Of a stretch of 64,000 nt of DNA, positions 18,671 to 28,507 are shown in pieces. The stretch is taken from the NCBI GenBank assembly GCA_965202805.1, contig OZ241869.1:3200001-3264000 (forward strand), written 5' to 3'. The notes under the pieces were generated by a model. The model searched no databases, was not told the DNA's origin, and saw only the letters and a list, made by a program, of their open reading frames with translations. The position numbers were made by a program, and so were the translations under genes. This DNA is from Longimicrobiales bacterium (GTDB lineage: Bacteria > Gemmatimonadota > Gemmatimonadetes > Longimicrobiales > Gaopeijiaceae). Within the stretch, counting starts at the first letter, position 1. The number at the start of each line of letters is the position of its first letter.

Positions 18671-19318
18671 ATGGTCTCATCGGCCCGGCAGGCGGAGGCT
18701 GAAGTGACGCGGGCTACCAGGCCGGGCTGGCGCCCCCTGGTGTTTTCCGGTTGGGGGCTGTTCGTGGTATCATTCTTCCTCCCGGCCTTGTCGTATTCCT
18801 GCGACATCCCTCCTCGCCCTTCCCCTCCCCCTCCGCCTCCCCCTCCCGCCAGCGCGACAGCGCCTGAGCCCGCCTCGACCGAACCCGCGCCCCAAGCCGA
18901 TCCGGCATCACCCGTCCCACCCACGTCCACGCCCGAATCTCCTTCTCCTGCATCGATGCAATCCGAGCCCGCATCTTCTTCCAGGGATGGGGCGCACGCG
19001 TCCGAGGACCTGATGGCAGGTTGGCAGGCGTTCTGGTCTGCACTCATTGGCTGGGGTGGTCCCATCGGAATCGTCAGCGCGCTGACCAACCTGTTGATGG
19101 TGGCCACCGGCTTCCACGGCAGGTGGTCGCCTCGGGCCCGATGGCCCGCAATCGCGTTGGCCGCCGCCGGGGCGCTCAATCTGGGTTACTGGCTGTGGTT
19201 GGTCGCGGACGACGGGGAGTTCTCGCTCAAGATCGGCTACTACGTGTGGGTGGCATCGTTCGTGTGCGCAGCCGCGGGATTCCGGCTTCGCGGGCGCCGA
19301 CAGCATGCGCGTGCCTGA
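18671..19318 (+). CDS. Hypothetical membrane protein with Pro/Ser-rich loop
   Basis: LFVVSFFLPA N-terminal helix, poly-Pro tract, further hydrophobic helices ending IGYYVWVASF. Confidence 0.65.
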   Translation: MVSSARQAEAEVTRATRPGWRPLVFSGWGLFVVSFFLPALSYSCDIPPRPSPPPPPPPPASATAPEPASTEPAPQADPASPVPPTSTPESPSPASMQSEPASSSRDGAHASEDLMAGWQAFWSALIGWGGPIGIVSALTNLLMVATGFHGRWSPRARWPAIALAAAGALNLGYWLWLVADDGEFSLKIGYYVWVASFVCAAAGFRLRGRRQHARA

Positions 19319-19400
19319 GCGCCTGCGCTTTCGCGCCCGAGTCGCCGGGAGGTAGGTTCCAGCCCTGGAATCCGTCCCACCCCTCGGAAGTGATCCGTCC

Positions 19401-21773
19401 ATGAGTATCGTCCGACACATCGCTGCTGTCCGCACCACATCGGCTCCTCGCTCGCGCGTCGTCCACGCACCCATCCTTCTCGCCGCCGCCTGCGGTGTCG
19501 CCCTGATGGCCTTCGCGACCTTCGCGGTCCCCGCTCCCGCTGCCGCCCAACAGCCCTTCACTCCGGAGATCGCGCTCGACGTGCGCACACCCGGCATCGT
19601 GGCGGTGACGGAGGACGGCGCCCGGGTCGCAGTGACGCTCACGTCCCGCCGGGACCGCACCGACGTCGACCACCAGCGCTTCGGCGACCCCACCTACATC
19701 TCCCCCGTGTCGACCCGGCTGATGGTGATCGACACGCGGACCGGACACCCGACCTGGGTTCAGGCGGAACCTGCTGCGCAGATGCGCGGCCATGCCTGGT
19801 CGCCGGACGGAGGGCGACTGGCCTGGTTCATGGTGGAGGATGGCCAGTATCGGCTCCGAATTTACGACGCGGTCACCAGCGCAAGCAGGACCGTCCCTCT
19901 TCGCACCGACAGGGAGATCGCGTCCTCCTCGCCGCTGGTATGGTCGCCGGATGGCGCCCGCGTTCTGCTCGGGCTTCGCCCCGCTGGATGGGCGGAGGAG
20001 GCGCGCGCGGCCTTCCATGCCCTCACGGACGCTCCGGTGATCGTGCAGGACTCGCGCAACGACTTCCTCGCGTGGGACCGGGTGAGGAACCTCGCCAACC
20101 GGCAGGAAACCGTGCTCGTGTCGGTCGTCGACGGCACGGTGCGCGAGGTTCTCTCCGAGGTGACCCCGGTCGGTCCGGGCTTCTCGGAGGAGGGATCCTA
20201 CATCACGTTTTCGACCGCCACACGCACGAAGACGTCGTACACGCGCCGGGACGGCACCGAGTACGAGCTCTTCCGGCTGGATCTCGCGGCGGGTGGAGAT
20301 CCGGTCTCGCTCCGGGACACCGGCGAAGAGCGGCTGAACGTTGCCTGGAACGACGCCCGCGATGCCTTCGCCTACGCCGAGGAAGGATCCGTCTTCGTGC
20401 GGCGGCTGGACGAGGACGAGGCGGTGGATGTGACGGAAGGTCATCGAGACGCTGCGGACGAATCCGGCGCCGGGGACGAAGGCGGCGCCCGGGCGGACGG
20501 CGACGATCCCGCCTCTGAGGAGGAAGAGTCCGATTCCGGCGGAATCCGTTTCGCCGTCGAGCGCTGGAGCCCCTCGGGGGAACAGCTCCTCCTGACCTCG
20601 CAGGAGGCCTGGCACCTCCTCGATCTCGCCAGCGACGACATGCACACCCTCCTCGAGCTTGAAGAGGATGAAGACCAGCGCCCGCGCCGTCAGGTCCAGG
20701 GGTGGAGGGACGATGGCCGGTATCTCTACTTCAGCTACTCGGCGCCGGATCGCTGGCAGCGGGGCCTGAAGCGTCTCGACACGGGGACCGGCGAAGTCGA
20801 GACGCTGATGCTGGACGCCAACCTCTACCGGTCCTGGAACGTCTCCGAGGATGGCGCCACGCTCGTCTACGCCATGTCGGACGGGGACCATCCCAACGAG
20901 ATCTGGGTGGCCCGCGGAGACGGATCGTCACCCCGGCAGCTGACCGAAACGAATGCCGGGCTCGAGGGCGTGGCGCTGACGCGAAGCGAGCTCGTCGAGT
21001 ACCTGGATGTCGACGGCAACACCCTCTACGGCATCCTCTACTATCCGGCCAACTACGAGCCGGGGCGAGCCTATCCGATGGTGGCGGAGATCTACGAGGA
21101 GTACTTCGACAACGGGTTCAACGAGAACATGAACCTGATCACCGCGCAGGGATGGTTCGGGTTCCGGCCCTCGGTGCGCTTCGAGGAGGGTTTCCCCGGC
21201 GAAGCCTGGCTCAAGGCGGTGCCCAACGCGATCAACAAGATCATCGAGCGCGGGCTGGTCGACCCGGAAAAGGTGGGCGTCTACGGGCAGAGCTACGGCG
21301 GCTACGCCACCAACCTGCTCATCACCCAGACCGACCGTTTCGCCGCGGCCGCGAACGTCTCCGGCAAGGTGAACATCATTTCCTTCCTGGGCGACTCGCC
21401 CAAGATCACCACGCGCAACTACGCGGCGGCCGAGGTGGGGCAGGACCGCATCGGCGCCACGCTCTGGGAGCAGCCGCACAAGTACATCGCGCATTCGGCG
21501 GTCATGTTCGCGGACCGCATCGAGACGCCGCTGCTGATGCTCTCGGGCGAGGGCGACTGGAACGTGCCGGCCACCAACCAGCGCGAGATGTATTACGCGC
21601 TGCGGCGGCTGGGGAAGGAGGTGGTGTGGGTGCACTACACCGCGGGCGGGCACGGGGCCGGGCGTGCCAGCAGCGAAACCGACTTCGTGGACCACTGGCA
21701 GCGCATGTTCGACTGGTTTGCCGAGCACTTCGGGGAGGAGCGGGAGCGGAGCGCGGCACAGGACGGCAGCTGA
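19401..21773 (+). CDS. Secreted S9-family (prolyl oligopeptidase/acylaminoacyl) peptidase
   Basis: Signal peptide, WSPDG propeller repeats, GQSYGG nucleophile, GEGDWNV (Asp), GGHG (His). Confidence 0.92.
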   Translation: MSIVRHIAAVRTTSAPRSRVVHAPILLAAACGVALMAFATFAVPAPAAAQQPFTPEIALDVRTPGIVAVTEDGARVAVTLTSRRDRTDVDHQRFGDPTYISPVSTRLMVIDTRTGHPTWVQAEPAAQMRGHAWSPDGGRLAWFMVEDGQYRLRIYDAVTSASRTVPLRTDREIASSSPLVWSPDGARVLLGLRPAGWAEEARAAFHALTDAPVIVQDSRNDFLAWDRVRNLANRQETVLVSVVDGTVREVLSEVTPVGPGFSEEGSYITFSTATRTKTSYTRRDGTEYELFRLDLAAGGDPVSLRDTGEERLNVAWNDARDAFAYAEEGSVFVRRLDEDEAVDVTEGHRDAADESGAGDEGGARADGDDPASEEEESDSGGIRFAVERWSPSGEQLLLTSQEAWHLLDLASDDMHTLLELEEDEDQRPRRQVQGWRDDGRYLYFSYSAPDRWQRGLKRLDTGTGEVETLMLDANLYRSWNVSEDGATLVYAMSDGDHPNEIWVARGDGSSPRQLTETNAGLEGVALTRSELVEYLDVDGNTLYGILYYPANYEPGRAYPMVAEIYEEYFDNGFNENMNLITAQGWFGFRPSVRFEEGFPGEAWLKAVPNAINKIIERGLVDPEKVGVYGQSYGGYATNLLITQTDRFAAAANVSGKVNIISFLGDSPKITTRNYAAAEVGQDRIGATLWEQPHKYIAHSAVMFADRIETPLLMLSGEGDWNVPATNQREMYYALRRLGKEVVWVHYTAGGHGAGRASSETDFVDHWQRMFDWFAEHFGEERERSAAQDGS

Positions 21774-21848
21774 CGGTGGCGCAAATGGAGTCATGCGGAG
21801 CGGTGGAGCGACAGGCCGCGAGGCCTGGGGACGTGTGAGGAGGCAGGT

Positions 21849-22700
21849 ATGTCCGGTCCTCTGAGCGGGCAAGTCGCGGTCGTGACCGGGGCCAACTCGG
21901 GCGTGGGCCGATCCGCGACCGGGATGCTGCTCGAGGCGGGCGCCCGCGTCACGATGTTGTGCCGTAGCCGCGAACGTGGGGAGCGGGCGCTGGCAGAGCT
22001 GCGTGGGGACGGAGTTCGGGTCGAACTCGAACTCGCCGACCTCTCCCGTCAGGAGGATGTGCGGGATCTGGCCGCTCGGCTGGCCGCCAGACACCCGGCG
22101 ATCGACATTCTGGTGAACAACGCCGGCGTCACGCGACCTCGTTGCGTGTATTCGCCGGAGGAGTTCGAGCTCACCTTCGCAACCAACCACCTCGGACACT
22201 TCCTGCTCACCCGTCTCCTGCGCGAGCGGCTTGAGGCCGGGCGGGGACGAATCGTCAACGTGAGTTCGCGGGGGCACCAGAGCGGCGATCTGCGGCGGGC
22301 GCCGCTCGGAGACATCGCCCGCGGCCGCGCCTGGGAGGGGGCCCTGCAGGCCTACGCCGACTCGAAGCTGGCCAACGTGCTCTTCACCTTCGAGACGGCT
22401 CGGCGCTGGGGCGCCCGGGGAATCACCGCCAACGCGGTCCATCCGGGCGTGCTGGCGACGGAGATCTGGAAGAAAACGTCGCTGGCCGCGCGTCTGCTGG
22501 TCCTTCCCTTCACCTGGTTCATGTCCAGCCCGGATGTGGGCGGGAAGGCGGTGATGAACCTCGTCGCGGATCCCTCCCGGGACGACGTGACCGGCCGGTA
22601 CTTCCACGTCCGGCGGGAGAAGACTCCGAGCGCGCAGGCCCGCGACGAGGCGCTGGCGCGGGAGCTGTGGGAGCGCAGCGTGGAGTGGACGCGCGGCTGA
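21849..22700 (+). CDS. SDR family oxidoreductase (retinol dehydrogenase-like)
   Basis: TGANSGVG, NNAG, NHLGHFLLT, YADSK, HPG. Confidence 0.93.
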   Translation: MSGPLSGQVAVVTGANSGVGRSATGMLLEAGARVTMLCRSRERGERALAELRGDGVRVELELADLSRQEDVRDLAARLAARHPAIDILVNNAGVTRPRCVYSPEEFELTFATNHLGHFLLTRLLRERLEAGRGRIVNVSSRGHQSGDLRRAPLGDIARGRAWEGALQAYADSKLANVLFTFETARRWGARGITANAVHPGVLATEIWKKTSLAARLLVLPFTWFMSSPDVGGKAVMNLVADPSRDDVTGRYFHVRREKTPSAQARDEALARELWERSVEWTRG

Positions 22701-22737
22701 TGACAGGGGTGGACCGCGATGAGAGGCCGCCTGGCCC

Positions 22738-23676
22738 TTACTCGTCGAACCCGCCCGGCTCCCAGTTCTTCCATCCCCGCCCGCGGTGTGCGAAGTCGAA
22801 GCGCCCCGGGTGCAGGATCTCCGCCAGGATCTCGGCCGACTCCACAACGCGGGGCCCCGGCCGGTTGAAGTACTGATTGCCGTCCGTGATCGCCACCCGG
22901 CCGGCGCGCACGGCGGAAAGCCGCCGCCATTCCGGACGGGCGGCGAGGGCCGGCATTTCCCGCTCGGCGCGCTCGATGTCGAACCCGCAGGGCATGATCG
23001 CGATGATGTCGGGATCGGCGGCCACGAGTTGCTCGATGTCCATATGGCCGGAGTGTAGCCCCGCCTCCCCGAGCGGATCCGTGCCGCCGGCGCACTCCAC
23101 CAGCTCCGGCACCCAGTTTCCCGCCATCATCAGCGGGTCGATCCACTCGATGCAGGCGATGGAGGGCCGCGGCCGCAGCGTGCGCGTGGCGGCGCGGAGC
23201 ACCTCGAGCCGGCTCGTCAGCCGCCCCACCAGCTCGTCGGCGCGCGCCGGTTCCCCGAGCGCGGCCGCAACCGCGCGGATGTCGCTCCACACGTCGTCGA
23301 GCGCCATCGGTTCGAGCGACACGACCGCCGGCTGCGAGCGCACCAGATCGCACACCGCGCGCTCGACGTCCCGCAGGCTCACCGCACACACCTCGCACTG
23401 GGTCTGGGTCACGATGACGGTCGGGGCCAGGCGGTCGAGCAGGGCCGGGTCGACGCTGTACACGGACAGGCCCTCGCGCACGATCGTCTTCACCTGGTCG
23501 TCGATGGCCCGGCTGGAGGCCGCCACCTCCACCTTCGAACTGGAACAGGTGGGCAGCCGGGCGACGCCGGGCGGATGGTCGCACTCGTGCGATCGGCCCA
23601 CCAGCTCGCGCTCGAAGCCCAGCGCGCACACGATCTCGGTCGCGCTCGCGATGAGCGAGACGATGCGGTGGGGCAT
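22738..23676 (-). CDS. Cobalamin-binding protein, BtuF-like
   Basis: RIVSLIASATEIVCALG, GRSHECD, TQTQCEVCAV, NRPGPR; last gene of the riboswitch-led operon; no signal peptide. Confidence 0.85.
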   Translation of the reverse strand: MPHRIVSLIASATEIVCALGFERELVGRSHECDHPPGVARLPTCSSSKVEVAASSRAIDDQVKTIVREGLSVYSVDPALLDRLAPTVIVTQTQCEVCAVSLRDVERAVCDLVRSQPAVVSLEPMALDDVWSDIRAVAAALGEPARADELVGRLTSRLEVLRAATRTLRPRPSIACIEWIDPLMMAGNWVPELVECAGGTDPLGEAGLHSGHMDIEQLVAADPDIIAIMPCGFDIERAEREMPALAARPEWRRLSAVRAGRVAITDGNQYFNRPGPRVVESAEILAEILHPGRFDFAHRGRGWKNWEPGGFDE

Positions 23677-23722
23677 CCCGGCGTCCCTCGCCTTCCGGGG
23701 ACGAATCCGCGTTTGTTGGCGG

Positions 23723-24328
23723 CTACGTGCGACTGGACGCGAACCGGTAAAGCGGGATGGGCGCCGGATTCCTCAGGGCGACGCGGCTGAACAGGAGCGG
23801 CAGGAAGACCGCCATGCTGACCAGCGTGTTGCGGAAGAAGGGAATCGCGCGGACGTAGCAGTCCACCAGACCGGAGAACGTCTTGGGGTACAGCAGACCA
23901 TCGCCGAAGGCCCACACGCCGAAGTTGGTGATCACGAAGAACCCGACCGACGACGCCAGCCCCGCGCCCGCCACCCGCGTCCACGACGTCTCGCCGCGCA
24001 GCGCGAATCCCGTGGTCGCCACCAGGGCGAGCGACAGGTAGACCAGCGGCTGGTTGGGGTAGAACGCCCAGTCGACCCGGCCGGTCAGCGCCAGGATCCC
24101 CAGATCGCCCAGGAGCCATGCCGCGAACGGGAGGAGATACGCCGTCCTCGCGCGCGCGAAGAACGCTCCCCCGAACAGGCAGAGCGGCAGCATGGGCGAG
24201 AAATTCCACGGATAGGTGGTCCGCTCCGGGTCGATCGACATCCCGAACTGCGCCAGCAGGTACGGCGCCAGCCGCACGCCGACGCTTACGGCGAGCATTG
24301 CCACAATCACGGAAAACCGCGGTTTCAT
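23723..24328 (-). CDS. DUF6580-like small membrane transporter (ECF S-component-like)
   Basis: GGAGG RBS before ATG 24328; WNFSPM..LFGGA, FFVITNFGVW, YPKTFSGLVDCY..AIPFFRN. Confidence 0.8.
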   Translation of the reverse strand: MKPRFSVIVAMLAVSVGVRLAPYLLAQFGMSIDPERTTYPWNFSPMLPLCLFGGAFFARARTAYLLPFAAWLLGDLGILALTGRVDWAFYPNQPLVYLSLALVATTGFALRGETSWTRVAGAGLASSVGFFVITNFGVWAFGDGLLYPKTFSGLVDCYVRAIPFFRNTLVSMAVFLPLLFSRVALRNPAPIPLYRFASSRT

Positions 24329-24440
24329 CTCGATTCCTCCCTGTTTCCTGTTCTCCGTCCGATCAGCGGCCTCTTGCCGGCCATCGGTACTTCTCCCGGC
24401 TACCGCGTCCCATGCCGGGTCGCCGCGGGCTTCCCCCCGC

Positions 24441-26408
24441 CTATCCTTCTCCACCGCCCAGCGCCACGCTTCCGCCAACGTATACGGCGCGTCCGGGCGC
24501 GGCGAATCCCCACACTTCATGGTAGGATTGGTCCAGCAGGTTTTCCATGCGCACGGTCAGCCGCATCCCTGGACGTCCCGGACCCGGGCCCACCTCGAAG
24601 CTCGCCGCCAGGTCCACCAGCGTGTAGGCGGGCAGCGTCACCGGGGTGGCCGGCCAGGCGCTGAAGTCGCGGTCGCTGCGCTCTCCCGTGCGCCGCACGC
24701 TCGCGTCCAGCCCGATCCCGCTCGCGACCTGGACGAAGGCGTTCGCCCCTGCGGTGTGCTTCGGCCTGCGCAGCAGCGGCTCGCCTTCCACGAACGTCGC
24801 CGACGGGCCCTCGTCGAAGCCCGAGTCCTCCACTTCCGTGTCCAGGTACGTGTAGAAGCCCGACAGCCGAACCCGGCTCGCGGCAACCGACGCCTCCGCT
24901 TCCAGCCCGCGGCTGCGTGCCCTGGCCACGTTGTGGTAGTTGGGACCTCCGGGCTCGGGCGGCGAGAAGGTGTACTGGATGAGGTTGCGGTAGCTCTGGC
25001 GGAATCCGGTGAGTGACAGCCGGGCGATGCCCCCCAGTTCCTGGTCCAGCCCGGCCTCGAAGCTGGTCGATTCCTCCGGTTGGAGATCCGGATTGCCGGT
25101 CGCGAAGCCGGTGGCATACGTCTCGTAGAAGGTGGGCTCCTTGATCCCGGTGCCGGCCGATGCACGCACGCGCGTGCCCGAGGCATCCGCGCGCCACGCC
25201 GCGCCCGCGCGCCACGTCATCGCCGAGCCGAAGCGCTCGTTGTCCTCGAGACGCACTCCCGCGTTCAGCGCCGCAGGCCCGCGAAACTCCGACAGCTGGG
25301 CGTAGATGGCCTGGTTTCCACGCTCGTTCCGGGAGTTGCTCGCACTCGGGCCCCACTGGGAAAGCGATTCGCTGAAGTCGCGCACCGACTGCTGCTCCAG
25401 CTCGTATCCGGCGGCGACGGACGTTCGCTCGCCGGCGCGCCAGATCGCCCGTCCGCCCAGCGTCGTCCGGCGCAGGTCGGCGAGGCTCTTGAAGCCATGG
25501 AAGCCGAGCGTATCCGCCGGGCCGTCCGGGGCGTCGTCGGTCCCCGAGTCCGACTCGTGGACGTTGACTCCGAACCGGGTCTCGAAGACGTCGTTCCAGC
25601 GTCGCCCCGCATCGACGTTGACCGACAGCGCGTCCCCGAAGCTGTTGGCGTTCTCGTCCACCAGGTTCCCGGAGCCGTCGGTGGGGTAGTGGAAGCGCCG
25701 ATCCTCGTAGCGCACCGAAACCGAAGCGTCAGTCGCTTCATCGAGCTGCCCCTGGACCCGGCCCGTGGCCGTGGCGTGGCGGAACTGGTTGTTGAACTCG
25801 AGGATGCCGTCGGTCTCGTTCCTCCCGGCGGAGAAGGCGTAGGAAAGCGAGCTCGTCCCTCCCGAGAGTCCCCCCTGCCAGCGCCGGGTGCCGTAGCTGC
25901 CCCCCTGGAACGACAGGCCTCCGCGGGGCCGGCCGCTTCCCCGGCGGGTGAAGATCTGGATGACGCCGCTCACCGCGTCCGAGCCGTAGAGCGCGGAGGC
26001 GGGGCCCCGCACGATCTCGATGCGTTCCACGTTGTCGGTGGTGAGCGAGGCGAAGTCGAAGGCGCCGCCGGGCTCATTCACGCGCACCCCGTCGACCAGC
26101 ACCTGCACGTAGTCCGACTCGCCTCCGCGCAGGAAGAGCGAGGTGATGGCGCCGAACGAGCCGCTCCGGACCAGCGCCACGCCCGGGAGCTGGCGCAGCG
26201 CGTCGGCCACGTACTCGACGCCGGCCCGTTCCAGTTCGGCGCCGTAGACGATGGTCGTGTGGGCCGCGGCGGCCCACTCGGGTTGGGGCAGTCGGTTGGC
26301 GGTGACCACCAGCCCCTGCAGGTTGCCCGGTTCCTGGGCGGCAACGGGCACGGCAAGGCATGCGGTGGCGACGGCGGCGGCAAGGCGGATGAATCGAGCG
26401 TAGCTCAT
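24441..26408 (-). CDS. btuB: TonB-dependent receptor, probable vitamin B12 transporter
   Basis: Signal peptide, VVTANR TonB-box region, plug motif NVERIEIVRGPASALYGSDAVSGVIQI, GNPDLQPE; directly downstream of a cobalamin riboswitch. Confidence 0.85.
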   Translation of the reverse strand: MSYARFIRLAAAVATACLAVPVAAQEPGNLQGLVVTANRLPQPEWAAAAHTTIVYGAELERAGVEYVADALRQLPGVALVRSGSFGAITSLFLRGGESDYVQVLVDGVRVNEPGGAFDFASLTTDNVERIEIVRGPASALYGSDAVSGVIQIFTRRGSGRPRGGLSFQGGSYGTRRWQGGLSGGTSSLSYAFSAGRNETDGILEFNNQFRHATATGRVQGQLDEATDASVSVRYEDRRFHYPTDGSGNLVDENANSFGDALSVNVDAGRRWNDVFETRFGVNVHESDSGTDDAPDGPADTLGFHGFKSLADLRRTTLGGRAIWRAGERTSVAAGYELEQQSVRDFSESLSQWGPSASNSRNERGNQAIYAQLSEFRGPAALNAGVRLEDNERFGSAMTWRAGAAWRADASGTRVRASAGTGIKEPTFYETYATGFATGNPDLQPEESTSFEAGLDQELGGIARLSLTGFRQSYRNLIQYTFSPPEPGGPNYHNVARARSRGLEAEASVAASRVRLSGFYTYLDTEVEDSGFDEGPSATFVEGEPLLRRPKHTAGANAFVQVASGIGLDASVRRTGERSDRDFSAWPATPVTLPAYTLVDLAASFEVGPGPGRPGMRLTVRMENLLDQSYHEVWGFAAPGRAVYVGGSVALGGGEG

Positions 26409-26519
26409 GTCGGCTCTCCTCTGCCGCGCGGAAGAAAGAGGAGTTGCCGACCAACGCGATCGCGGTTTGGAAGGCGCCCCTCACCTCCCCGCGGAGGTGG
26501 TGAAAAAGGGCGCCGGACG

Positions 26520-26685
26520 GGCTCGTCTCCTGGCTTGAGGCCTCCGGGCTCGCCTTCCCGGGCCCGCCTGGGAACCCGGTGGCACATTCGAGCCGGAGTT
26601 TTCCGGAAAAAACCCGGACCTCATCACAGTGGCGGGGCCGCGCCGGATTCGCACCGGCTTCCGTGGGCCCCTCCGGCCTCTGCTA
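26520..26685 (-). promoter_or_regulatory. Cobalamin riboswitch
   Basis: Minus strand contains GGAAGCCGGTGCGAATCCGGCGCGGCCCCGCCACTGTGA, CCGGGAAGGCG and the B12 box AAGCCAGGAGAC. Confidence 0.93.
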
Positions 26686-26692
26686 CTGCGAG

Positions 26693-26721
26693 ATTCTAGC
26701 CGGGGGTGTGAAGGGGGTCAA
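26693..26721 (-). promoter_or_regulatory. sigma70-type promoter for the riboswitch-btuB operon
   Basis: TTGACC-17 nt-TAGAAT on the minus strand immediately 5' of the riboswitch. Confidence 0.75.
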
Positions 26722-28252
26722 CGGTGGGAATGCCCGGTTCGTGCGGATCTGCGGCGAAGGCGCGCTCTATGGCAGATTCGATGGCAGCCACTTCGCCATC
26801 GCTCAGCTCGCGAAAACGGGGGCGCTTTCTCGCGGAGAGCCGTCCTCCGTTCTGCACGCAGAGCCGTATGAGCAGCGAGGTGCGCCGGTCGGGCATGTCC
26901 ACGATCTCCGAAACCGCTCTGAAGGCTTGATCAAAGCCGGCGATGAAACCGAGTTCTTCCCGAAGATCGTGACGGACCGTCTCGGCCACTCGGTCGTGAA
27001 GGTATTCGGCAAACGCGGTCATATCGATGAACCGATAGAGATCGCGGGTGTCGCCTTCCACCAGCAGGTCTCTGTTCAGACCCCATCGCCAGTCGATGAA
27101 TTCCAGGATCGGCCGGGAGAAACTCTCGAGCACCCGATCGTAGCCGTGACGATCGCGCAGAATGGCCGCGGACACCGGAAAGATGAAGTTCGTGGGCGTG
27201 TATCTCCTCGAAGCGAGCACGTGATGGACGAGGAACCGGTGAATGCGGCCGTTTCCGTCCTCGAAGGGATGAACGAAGACGAAGGCGAAGGCCGAAACCG
27301 CCGCGCCGACGAAGGGCGGAACGCTCTCGTGCGAGACGCGCGCGGTGAGGTTCATCCAACCCTTCATGAGCGAGGGCACGTCGGCTGGCCGGGGGCATAC
27401 GAAGTGGACCTCTTCCCGGAAGCCCGCACCCGTCCGGCCGACGAAATTCTGAACGTCGCGCCAGTCCGTGGCGGCATAGCGCGGGTCGACGATCGACCCT
27501 TGAAGCCGGACCAGCGCATCCTTGACCAGCGGGTTGAAGGTGGCCGCTTCACTAAGCGCGCGCACGAAGCGAGCAGCACGACGGGAAGACGGCTTCTCGC
27601 CTTCGATCGCAAAGGAGGACCGCGTTTCCCTGGTGTACAGATAGTCGACCGCGCGGGTGAGAAGGCTCCGGTCGAAGGCTTCGCAGAGAGCACGCGCCTC
27701 GTCGTCCAGGCGCATCGCCATCTGGCGCAGAAGCTTCGGGGTCCGCCGGACCGTCACACAGAGGCCGGGTCCGCCGAGCAGGTTGTCGATGACGCGGTGC
27801 CGCCGGGAATTGCGGCGCTCGGCGACGATGAATCTCTCTGGATCGAGTGCCTCAACGTAGTTGCCGCTACGAACGTTTTCGAGATCCAGGACATGTCCCG
27901 TAAACGTTTCATAGAAGAACCAGGCACGGCGGCTGTACGCGCCCGTGGGCTCGCTCCTGACCCAATCTTCCAACGTTGCGGGATCGATGGTCTTGAGGGC
28001 GGCGGCCAGCACTCCGAGATCGAAAGGCTCGCGACGAAGCATGAAGCGCAGGTGAGACACGACCGAATCGCCGGGGGCGTATTGCCGGGGATAGCTTTCG
28101 ACCACGCGAGAACCGTGTACTTCCGTCCGCCTTGTTCCGGAGACCAGGTAACTCTCCACGGCTGGCTGGGGGACGGCCAGGTCTAACTCGCGGCGGAGCC
28201 ATGCTTGCCCCACAGGTGTTCTTTTTTGATTCATCGAAAGCTCCCCAGGCAT
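26696..28252 (-). CDS. Fic family protein
   Basis: Canonical HPFEDGNGRIHR motif; ETRSSFAIEGE. Alternative start ATG 28234. Confidence 0.92.
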   Translation of the reverse strand: MPGELSMNQKRTPVGQAWLRRELDLAVPQPAVESYLVSGTRRTEVHGSRVVESYPRQYAPGDSVVSHLRFMLRREPFDLGVLAAALKTIDPATLEDWVRSEPTGAYSRRAWFFYETFTGHVLDLENVRSGNYVEALDPERFIVAERRNSRRHRVIDNLLGGPGLCVTVRRTPKLLRQMAMRLDDEARALCEAFDRSLLTRAVDYLYTRETRSSFAIEGEKPSSRRAARFVRALSEAATFNPLVKDALVRLQGSIVDPRYAATDWRDVQNFVGRTGAGFREEVHFVCPRPADVPSLMKGWMNLTARVSHESVPPFVGAAVSAFAFVFVHPFEDGNGRIHRFLVHHVLASRRYTPTNFIFPVSAAILRDRHGYDRVLESFSRPILEFIDWRWGLNRDLLVEGDTRDLYRFIDMTAFAEYLHDRVAETVRHDLREELGFIAGFDQAFRAVSEIVDMPDRRTSLLIRLCVQNGGRLSARKRPRFRELSDGEVAAIESAIERAFAADPHEPGIPTVDPLHTPG

Positions 28253-28275
28253 CGCAAACGCGCTTTTGATGGTGG

Positions 28276-28473
28276 CCAGGAAGCACCGCAGAACGGTTAC
28301 GATCTTTTAAAGACGCTTAGAAAAAGCTAGTCCGTCCTCAAAGTGATTACAACAGTTTTCCTCTTGGGTGCGTTTTCTGGAGAGTTGCCTTTCTCCAGGA
28401 AACATCGCAAAACGGTTATGATCGTGTGAGAACGCTTAGCAATAGGGTATCGCGTCCCAAAACGATTACAGCA
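28276..28473. repeat. Degenerate direct repeat (two ~79-bp copies, 119-bp period) upstream of fic
   Basis: 28276 ccaggaagcaccgcagaacggttacgatc...acgcttag...cgtcc...gattacaaca versus 28395 ccaggaaacatcgcaaaacggttatgatc...acgcttag...cgtcc...gattacagca. Confidence 0.7.
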
Positions 28474-28507
28474 CCGCGGAAGCGCGCCGAGCGAGAATGG
28501 AGCCGGG

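Noticed and set aside
28276..28473. CRISPR mini-array
   Set aside because: Only two long, degenerate copies; no identical repeats or cas genes.
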